Source: Escherichia phage phiWec188
Direction: 5' to 3' (one strand)
Sequence record: LC739537.1
Length of the DNA stretch: 64,000 bases
Each line of letters starts with the position of its first letter. The stretch's first letter is position 1. The notes beneath the pieces were generated by a model, which saw only the letters and a list, made by a program, of their open reading frames with translations, did not search any database and was not told where the DNA came from. A program made the translations under genes and the position numbers. Of this stretch, positions 57,824 through 64,000 are shown piece by piece.

Positions 57824-58506
57824 CTACAATTATCGCAACCAAAAACAAGATCCTTAGCGACGGTAAAGTAACTTTCGGTGGTCGTGTAGATTCAACCAAT
57901 TTCAAGAAAGTACGTAAGATTGGGGATTATCTCGTAGGTGGCGCAGGGCGTTTAACTTCGGTTTTAGCTTTCTTCCAGTGGTTCGAACAGAACCTGCAAT
58001 GTGAAGCGGCGCGTGAGGCAGTGCCTGGGTTGATGATCAGTTCTAACCCTGATCGTGAAGATGAAGAGTTTATTGCTCTCGTTGTTCACCCAGACGGACG
58101 TATTTTCCTGCATGAAGGTAATGATCCTACCCGTGCATACCCAATCGACGAAGAATACTACGCAGTAGGCAGTGGTTCCGATTTTGCGCTCGCAGCACTG
58201 GATGGTGGTGCTTCTCCAGAAGCTGCTATGGAGGTTGCCAAGAAGCGTGACGCATACTCTGGTGGCGAAACATTCGTTGAAGAATTAGACGAGATCATCG
58301 AACTGACTGACGAAGATCTCGAAAACTTCACCAAACAAGAACTGATCAACCTGCTTAAGTTTGGCGATCCTGCTGGTGAAGAAACTCCTCGTGACGTGGC
58401 AGGTGACGAGACGGCAGGAGAAGTTGTAGTAGAAAAAGACTTGACTTCAAAACCGGAAAATATTAATCTCGTAAATGTAGCGGATTTCGAGAATCCCGCT
58501 TCTTAA
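57820..58506 (+). CDS. HslV-like Ntn-hydrolase peptidase (proteasome beta-type)
   Basis: Begins MTTIIATKNKILSDGKVTFGG (Thr immediately after Met, as in HslV TTIV...); GGAGRLTS and AVGSGSDFALAAL match HslV blocks as recalled. Confidence 0.55.
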   Translation: MTTIIATKNKILSDGKVTFGGRVDSTNFKKVRKIGDYLVGGAGRLTSVLAFFQWFEQNLQCEAAREAVPGLMISSNPDREDEEFIALVVHPDGRIFLHEGNDPTRAYPIDEEYYAVGSGSDFALAALDGGASPEAAMEVAKKRDAYSGGETFVEELDEIIELTDEDLENFTKQELINLLKFGDPAGEETPRDVAGDETAGEVVVEKDLTSKPENINLVNVADFENPAS

Positions 58507-58512
58507 TAAAAC

Positions 58513-58534
58513 TGCCCCTTCGGGGGCATTTCTT
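58513..58534 (+). terminator. rho-independent terminator candidate
   Basis: TGCCCC-TTCG-GGGGCA hairpin followed by TTTCTT. Confidence 0.5.
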
Positions 58535-58551
58535 ACGCAGAGGAGATTACT

Positions 58552-58989
58552 ATGTTGAACGTTCCTGTTAAATTCGTCGATAGCTGTGTTAATGCTTACC
58601 AACAAACTTGTAAACGTGCCTCAAACTGTTTGCAGTCTTTGATTCAAACGCGGTACGTGATCCAAAAGAAAAGAAAGTGGTTTGGTAAGGATTCTTATAG
58701 TGTTAATGCGTTCGGGGAGTATCAACTCCAGTATGACGATAACATGCAACACATCTTAGAGTTTTTACTGATAAAAGATAAAATCTCCCCTGCGGATTAC
58801 CAGTTACTTAAATTCTACGATCAGAGTTTGTCTATTGAGGAAGTTATTCAAGATATCCTTTCTCGTAAGACAGATAAGAACACTGTTGGTATTACAAACT
58901 TAGAGATGCAATTGCTCAATGAGATCTTTTTGTTTGTGGAAGATGAGTCTGTAACTAAGGAGGAGCTTTTAAATGGCTTTAAGCTATGA
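58552..58989 (+). CDS. hypothetical protein
   Basis: 145-aa ORF. Confidence 0.4.
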   Translation: MLNVPVKFVDSCVNAYQQTCKRASNCLQSLIQTRYVIQKKRKWFGKDSYSVNAFGEYQLQYDDNMQHILEFLLIKDKISPADYQLLKFYDQSLSIEEVIQDILSRKTDKNTVGITNLEMQLLNEIFLFVEDESVTKEELLNGFKL

Positions 58990-59481
58990 TCGTCCAGAGT
59001 CCGATTACTATCCGACTCCGCAAAAAGCGATTAACTCGTTATTTAGCATTATTGATTTTAAAAATTTGAAAGAGGAAGGATTTACATTTGCAGAACCGTG
59101 TAGAGGACAAGCAGCGGCTATTTACCGTCACTTTCCTGAAGGTTCTCAGTATTGTGAGCTTGAAGAAGGTAAAGATTATTTTAGTCACGTATGGGAAAAT
59201 CGTCCCGACATTATAATCACGAATCCTCCATTCAAGCTGGCATTAGAGTTCTTGGAAAAGAGCTTGAAAGAAGCAGACGTGTCAGTCTACCTGCTTCGCC
59301 TGGGATTCCTTGAGTCAAAGAAACGTCGAGCGTTTCATCAAGAAAACCCCCTACGAATTTGATTGTACTCTCCGAACGTCCTTCGTTCGTAGCAGGTGGA
59401 ACAGATAAGACAGCGTATGCTTGGTACGTATACGATCCAAAACAAATTTTGGGTCTAACTCAACCATTTTATTTCGTTTAA
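58973..59481 (+). pseudogene. Dam-like DNA N6-adenine methyltransferase, reading frame interrupted at a C5 tract
   Basis: N-terminal 129-aa ORF (58973-59362) has DYYPTP and ITNPPF motifs; stops just after AAAACCCCC (59343-59351). Adding one C restores a 170-aa frame ending at 59481 (...ENPPTNLIVLSERPSFVAGGTDKTAYAWYVYD...). Confidence 0.45.
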
Positions 59482-59491
59482 GGAGCACACT

Positions 59492-59728
59492 ATGGCTAAA
59501 TTTACTATGACCGTTTCTATTGATTTTGATGATGAGGACGGAGGCATTAACTTAGGTATTGCTCAGAGCCTGGAAGGTGATTTGAACCCGACACAAGCAG
59601 CTATGGCGGTATTCTTTAAAGATACCATAACAGTTACAGCAACACATTCTGCAAATCAAACTGTAGATTACGGTAGCATGGTTCAAGCCTTGGTTGATGC
59701 TCAAAACGGTGAAGATTGGGATGATTAA
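59492..59728 (+). CDS. hypothetical protein
   Basis: 78-aa ORF, AAGGAG RBS. Confidence 0.4.
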   Translation: MAKFTMTVSIDFDDEDGGINLGIAQSLEGDLNPTQAAMAVFFKDTITVTATHSANQTVDYGSMVQALVDAQNGEDWDD

Positions 59729-59931
59729 TGGCTTATAATTATTATTGCGTTTACGCAAATGAAGCAAAGAAAGGCGACACTGGCACTAACGTCTATGCAG
59801 AATCAGAAACACATGCAAAAGAAATTGGTGCGATCCTTCTGTCACGTTGGACAGGTGGTAACTATTCTGCTGTGGATTTGTTCGCAGAAATGGATGATAC
59901 CATCCAAGAAGATACTATCACCACAACCTGA
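59728..59931 (+). CDS. hypothetical protein
   Basis: 67-aa ORF. Confidence 0.35.
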   Translation: MAYNYYCVYANEAKKGDTGTNVYAESETHAKEIGAILLSRWTGGNYSAVDLFAEMDDTIQEDTITTT

Positions 59932-59995
59932 TATTGCTTGAAGTAGTTGGTACTCTCCTTGTTTCGGCAAGGAGGGTATTTTTAAGGAGGAAGTT

Positions 59996-60187
59996 ATGCA
60001 AGAGAATGAAGAGGTAGTTGTTAAAAAGTTCCCGACACGTACACAGGCAGTCAACTTTGCTTCTGATTTGCTTGTAGATGTGGAAGGAGTTCTCATTAGA
60101 CATGAAGGGGATTCCTGGAATGTCTCTTATAACGTAAACAGATCAATTATCTATTTAGGAGAAGAGAACTTCTCTCGTATAGATTGA
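59996..60187 (+). CDS. hypothetical protein
   Basis: 63-aa ORF, AAGGAGG RBS. Confidence 0.35.
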   Translation: MQENEEVVVKKFPTRTQAVNFASDLLVDVEGVLIRHEGDSWNVSYNVNRSIIYLGEENFSRID

Positions 60188-60201
60188 TCGAAGGAGTAGT
60201 T

Positions 60202-60774
60202 ATGCGTTCTACTTACACAGGTAAGATTAATTCTGGTATCATTTTAGCAGTAGCAGGAATCATCAGCAAAACTTTCAAAGTGGCAAACCTACCAGAGTGT
60301 GTAGATTTTGACCACGTATTCAATCCATTAAATCCTTCTCGTTGTGTTGTTCGTAGCAACATTGAGAATCCAAACGAGAACTTGTTTTATGTAACATCGC
60401 CTTCACAAAGTATTCTAAACCAAGTGGAGGCTAAAATTATTACCGAAGGTAGTTATTTCTCATTGCTACCTTGTAAATCGGTGGCGATTGAAGATAGTAT
60501 CACCTTCGCAAATAACTTGGTCTTGACCATGTTCATGGTTTCTGATAAAGACTGTGGAGAGGATATGGTTTTAGCTGTAAGGAATGTTTATGACACATTG
60601 GGTATTGCTTATAGCTGTAAGTTGTGCGATGATTATAAATCTTGTTCAGACTTTTACATAAATGGTGTTCGGGTATGTCGTGTTGAATCCTACTGGGTGC
60701 AAGACACATACGTAACAGTAGCGAACGTGATCAATGAACCTATGTTCAGCCACGCTTTAGCGTTAATCATTTGA
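60202..60774 (+). CDS. hypothetical protein
   Basis: ATG at 60202 with AAGGAG RBS (track ORF from TTG 60184). Confidence 0.4.
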   Translation: MRSTYTGKINSGIILAVAGIISKTFKVANLPECVDFDHVFNPLNPSRCVVRSNIENPNENLFYVTSPSQSILNQVEAKIITEGSYFSLLPCKSVAIEDSITFANNLVLTMFMVSDKDCGEDMVLAVRNVYDTLGIAYSCKLCDDYKSCSDFYINGVRVCRVESYWVQDTYVTVANVINEPMFSHALALII

Positions 60775-60784
60775 GGAGGAAGGG

Positions 60785-61114
60785 ATGGAAATTACTACAG
60801 AACAGGCTCTTATCGACGAAGGGCGTAAAATCTTAGAGAAGCATTTGGGAGATATACATCAAACCCCTGGCTACTTAGGGTGGCGCATGGTTGAAGCTGT
60901 AGATTTCCTTCCTCGCACCAAACAAGACGTTGAAATGCGTTCTCTGTTTTTGCTTGTTAAGGTAGACGGAGATACGCCTTTCAAGCTGGCAGCTTCACAC
61001 ATTGAGAAGGTGGAGGAGAAAGCTTATTCAGAGTTTGCCGAACTCGTATTACAGGAGGATCTCGAAGGGAAGGTAAACATTTTTATTTTTCTGGATTTTG
61101 AGGAGGAGATATGA
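60785..61114 (+). CDS. hypothetical protein
   Basis: 109-aa ORF. Confidence 0.4.
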   Translation: MEITTEQALIDEGRKILEKHLGDIHQTPGYLGWRMVEAVDFLPRTKQDVEMRSLFLLVKVDGDTPFKLAASHIEKVEEKAYSEFAELVLQEDLEGKVNIFIFLDFEEEI

Positions 61115-61848
61115 TTTTATATAAAGAGATTACCGTGGAGCAGGATCAAGACCTCTTCATTATCGGGGACTTGCATGGTTGCTACGATCTTTACTTGAAA
61201 GGTAAGAATTATCTTGGTATCCGAGATACAGATGTGGTTGTGTCTCTCGGAGATTTGACAGATCGTGGTAAACAAAACTTCAAATGTGTTGTAGAGTTTT
61301 GTCGCAAAGAGAATCGTTATGCTCTCTGTGGTAATCACGAAGATATGATGATTAAAGGCTTACTGGAAGGGGATCGTCGTTACTACGAATGTTGGTATCA
61401 GAATGGTGGTCATACGGTATTGGCAGAATGTGATGAAGAAGGATCTACTCTGCTCGCTACGATGGTTGAGGACAACCCTGTGATTTTGGTTGTGAACTAT
61501 CGAGGTATGAAGTTAGGGTTTATTCATGGTGGATATCCTTCCTCTTTTGAATATCTTCCCCTGACAGACATACCACACCTACGTATGAGCAAAGCAAAAG
61601 AAGCTACTTTCGCTGAAGCTTTGATGTGGGATCGTGATATGGTGGAGTGTGCCAAAGAAGGCATGAAACTTCCGGTTGTTATGGGTGTTGATTATGTGTT
61701 TCACGGGCACTCTTATGTGAAAGAACCTTTGATCAATGCTAATCGTGTTTATATGGATACTGGGTCTGTTTTCAATAACAACTTAACGTTTGCCTATTTT
61801 GATGCAGACGGTGGACTTCAGTTTTATTCAACTTTACAGGAGGATTAA
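61111..61848 (+). CDS. Ser/Thr protein phosphatase-type metallophosphoesterase
   Basis: GDLHG, GDLTDRG, GNHE and HGG motifs in the canonical order of lambda-phosphatase-like PPP enzymes. Confidence 0.65.
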   Translation: MILYKEITVEQDQDLFIIGDLHGCYDLYLKGKNYLGIRDTDVVVSLGDLTDRGKQNFKCVVEFCRKENRYALCGNHEDMMIKGLLEGDRRYYECWYQNGGHTVLAECDEEGSTLLATMVEDNPVILVVNYRGMKLGFIHGGYPSSFEYLPLTDIPHLRMSKAKEATFAEALMWDRDMVECAKEGMKLPVVMGVDYVFHGHSYVKEPLINANRVYMDTGSVFNNNLTFAYFDADGGLQFYSTLQED

Positions 61849-62141
61849 TGTATAAAATTACAATCGTAGAATCTGTGGGCGAGATTCGTAAAGAAATTAT
61901 TCTGGAGACGGAAGATCTGGAACTGGTACGTGAAATCATAATTGGGAAGGATGTAGATAAGGTTGAGTCGGACGCTCCGAATCTGATGATCGATGATCAA
62001 TATGCAGAATTTCGTCGTATTTTTGAGGAGGAAAGGAAGAAGTGGGGCAAAGAACCACACGTTTTTCGTCCTTATAATCCATATCCTTCTGGTGATCCGT
62101 GGATCATGACTAACAGAAACCCGTTTGAAATAACCTGTTGA
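61848..62141 (+). CDS. hypothetical protein
   Basis: 97-aa ORF. Confidence 0.4.
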   Translation: MYKITIVESVGEIRKEIILETEDLELVREIIIGKDVDKVESDAPNLMIDDQYAEFRRIFEEERKKWGKEPHVFRPYNPYPSGDPWIMTNRNPFEITC

Positions 62142-62149
62142 GGTGGCTT

Positions 62150-62728
62150 ATGAGCAACCTATTTTACACAGGTGTGGGAAGTCGAGAGATAACCCACGAA
62201 GAATGGGATTTAATGGTCGCTGTAGCAAAGTGGTTGGCTAACTGTGGTTTTACTTTACGTTCAGGTAATGCAAACGGTAGTGACTCTGCTTTCGAAACTG
62301 GTGTAGAAGAATCTAAAAACAAAACTCTCAAGGAGATTTATATCCCTTGGGAGAAGTTTGAAGGTAATGATATCCCAGGTGAGAAAATAGTGCTTGCTAA
62401 TCCTGACAGTATGAACTATGCTATCAGTCTCCAGTGGATAAAGGAAATCCATCCAGCATTTGATAAACTTAAACAAGGTGCACGTAAATTGCATCAACGT
62501 AACGTTCATCAGGTGTTGGGACAAGACCTGGAGCATCCTGTGCCTTCCTTATTCTTATTGGCATGTTCCAAAGAGGATAAGAAGGGAGATGTTATGGGTG
62601 GAACACGGACGGCGTGGCTCATCGCTAAAGCTAATAACGTTCCATGTTTTAACTTACGTGGTAAAACAAAGGAAGAACTTTATGCTTTTCTTAAACCGTT
62701 GGTCAAGGGGGCAATCAGTGGCAATTAA
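62150..62728 (+). CDS. DprA/Smf-like (SLOG-type Rossmann) protein
   Basis: YTGVGSREIT...LRSGNANGSDSAFETG resembles the DprA Rossmann-domain GxGxR...SGgAxGiD pattern; ATG at 62150. Confidence 0.35.
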   Translation: MSNLFYTGVGSREITHEEWDLMVAVAKWLANCGFTLRSGNANGSDSAFETGVEESKNKTLKEIYIPWEKFEGNDIPGEKIVLANPDSMNYAISLQWIKEIHPAFDKLKQGARKLHQRNVHQVLGQDLEHPVPSLFLLACSKEDKKGDVMGGTRTAWLIAKANNVPCFNLRGKTKEELYAFLKPLVKGAISGN

Positions 62729-63242
62729 GTTAGATCGTGCAAACGTAGGTAATCGTTTTAACCTTAGTCGTATAAACGAGGACACAGATGTTACAGCAGA
62801 TATTGAAAAAATCATGCAGGGTATTGTCCATCACGGTTTGCGTTTTGCCAGAGATTTGGTAATCTTTCGTTATGACGGAGAAGATGATCGTTCAAAGAAT
62901 GATGGGATTATCTTCGTAGATAAAGATTTAACCCAAGCAGATATTGAACAGATCAACCGTTATTTTATTGGTGTAGGGGATCTTCAAGACACGCAGCTTG
63001 CACGTATGGCAGAAATTCTGGCGAATAAATTGTTGCAAGATATCGGAAAAGTTCTTGACAAAAATCCAAAACATGTTATAGTGACTATCCACAAAATGAG
63101 TTTTATTAAGTATCTTAACAAACCTGGTAAACTGGGTTATGGGTGGATACGCACAAGTGGACCACAAACCACTCTCGAAACCGAGATGTGCTATACAATT
63201 GAAGAAGTAAAACGTGAGGAGGGAGAGAATGGCGGAATTTAA
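62718..63242 (+). CDS. hypothetical protein
   Basis: Probable GTG start at 62718 behind AAGGGGG, overlapping the upstream stop; track ORF starts far upstream (62460) inside the previous gene. Confidence 0.35.
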   Translation: MAIKLDRANVGNRFNLSRINEDTDVTADIEKIMQGIVHHGLRFARDLVIFRYDGEDDRSKNDGIIFVDKDLTQADIEQINRYFIGVGDLQDTQLARMAEILANKLLQDIGKVLDKNPKHVIVTIHKMSFIKYLNKPGKLGYGWIRTSGPQTTLETEMCYTIEEVKREEGENGGI

Positions 63243-63519
63243 TGAAGTGAAAAGTTACGAAAGCAACTTCGTAAGCAATTGGGAAGCATGGGATGAGATG
63301 GGTGTTGGTGAACTCTATTTCTACAATGTAACCCTTCGTCCAGAATATCAACATCTCATTCCAGAAGGCACTGTGCAGATCGGTATGTTCATGTCTTCTC
63401 AAGACGGTGTTGTGCAGTTTGAGTTTTACTCTGACACAGAACAGAACGAATTCACTTATCGTGCATTCAATATCGTATTAGCTTTAGGAGAGGAGAAATT
63501 TTATGACGACGAAGTATAA
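63229..63519 (+). CDS. hypothetical protein
   Basis: ATG at 63229 with GAGGAGGGAGAG RBS. Confidence 0.4.
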   Translation: MAEFNEVKSYESNFVSNWEAWDEMGVGELYFYNVTLRPEYQHLIPEGTVQIGMFMSSQDGVVQFEFYSDTEQNEFTYRAFNIVLALGEEKFYDDEV

Positions 63520-63700
63520 AACAGTAGCAGAAGCACTGAAAGCAGCACACGAAGCCATTGCAGAAGCTGAACAATTGGCTGATGAAACTGGCACAAGTTT
63601 TCACTTCTCAGTTGAATATGGGATGGGTGGTACTTATGACCCAGAAGATGAGAACGAATACACTGGGACCAACTGGCACCCATCTTCCCTCGGTTGTTAA
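63503..63700 (+). CDS. hypothetical protein
   Basis: 65-aa ORF. Confidence 0.35.
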   Translation: MTTKYKTVAEALKAAHEAIAEAEQLADETGTSFHFSVEYGMGGTYDPEDENEYTGTNWHPSSLGC

Positions 63701-63714
63701 TAAGGAGAAATAAA

Positions 63715-63933
63715 ATGAGTGATCGTAATGCACAAGCATTAGCAGACAAAGCAAAAGCTATCATGTCCTTGGTAGATGAACTTACAAAAGAAGCAGAAAA
63801 GGAAGGTTTCGGTCTTAGCTTAGAAAACAATGCAATCTGTTTTGAAGATTGGCAATCTTCTGCTTGCTACGGCGAAGCTGATGATGGTTTCACCGTTGAC
63901 TCTGACGGTGTTTGGTACAGCAGTAATTGTTAA
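63715..63933 (+). CDS. hypothetical protein
   Basis: ATG at 63715 with AAGGAG RBS. Confidence 0.35.
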   Translation: MSDRNAQALADKAKAIMSLVDELTKEAEKEGFGLSLENNAICFEDWQSSACYGEADDGFTVDSDGVWYSSNC

Positions 63934-63942
63934 GGAGGGATC

Positions 63943-64000
63943 ATGTCAGAAGGTATCGCCTTAATCAAGGCAAAAGTTAAAGAGATGGAAGCATCACAAC
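63943..64000 (+). CDS. 5' end of a gene continuing beyond the window
   Basis: ATG with AAGGAGGG RBS; open to window end (MSEGIALIKAKVKEMEASQ...). Confidence 0.3.
   Translation, partial: MSEGIALIKAKVKEMEASQ

Noticed and set aside
1-64000. CRISPR arrays, integrase/transposase genes, prophage attachment sites
   Set aside because: No direct-repeat/spacer periodicity and no recombinase-like ORFs were seen; the gene content points to a virulent phage rather than an integrated element.

Overview
The window is a contiguous stretch of a virulent tailed-phage genome (myovirus-like organisation, host probably a Gram-negative enterobacterium judging by the tRNA and Rml sequences). It has three blocks. 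(1) 1-28.7 kb, minus strand: late/structural module running terminase large subunit -> portal -> scaffold-like protein -> major capsid -> connector proteins -> tail sheath/tube -> chaperones -> tape measure -> baseplate -> tail fibres, with a spanin pair beside the terminase and rho-independent terminators after the capsid, tube and tape-measure genes. (2) 28.8-31.3 kb, minus strand: a tRNA cluster with at least 11 canonical tRNAs plus atypical tRNA-like elements and ORF-free spacers. (3) 32.6-64 kb, plus strand: densely packed early/middle genes including ATP-dependent DNA ligase, FEN-like 5'-3' exonuclease, DnaQ-like exonuclease, ThyX, NrdA/NrdB, glutaredoxin, T4-type lysozyme, PhoH, two metallophosphoesterases and an HslV-like peptidase. 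The most notable observations are a complete dTDP-L-rhamnose pathway (rmlB-rmlA-rmlC-rmlD) embedded in the nucleotide-metabolism operon, a ~159-aa mini-intein apparently inserted in the P-loop of the terminase large subunit, and a Dam-like N6-adenine methyltransferase gene interrupted at a C5 homopolymer. All calls are from reading the sequence and the supplied ORF track; no database search or tRNA/intein software could be run, so functions are motif-based inferences.
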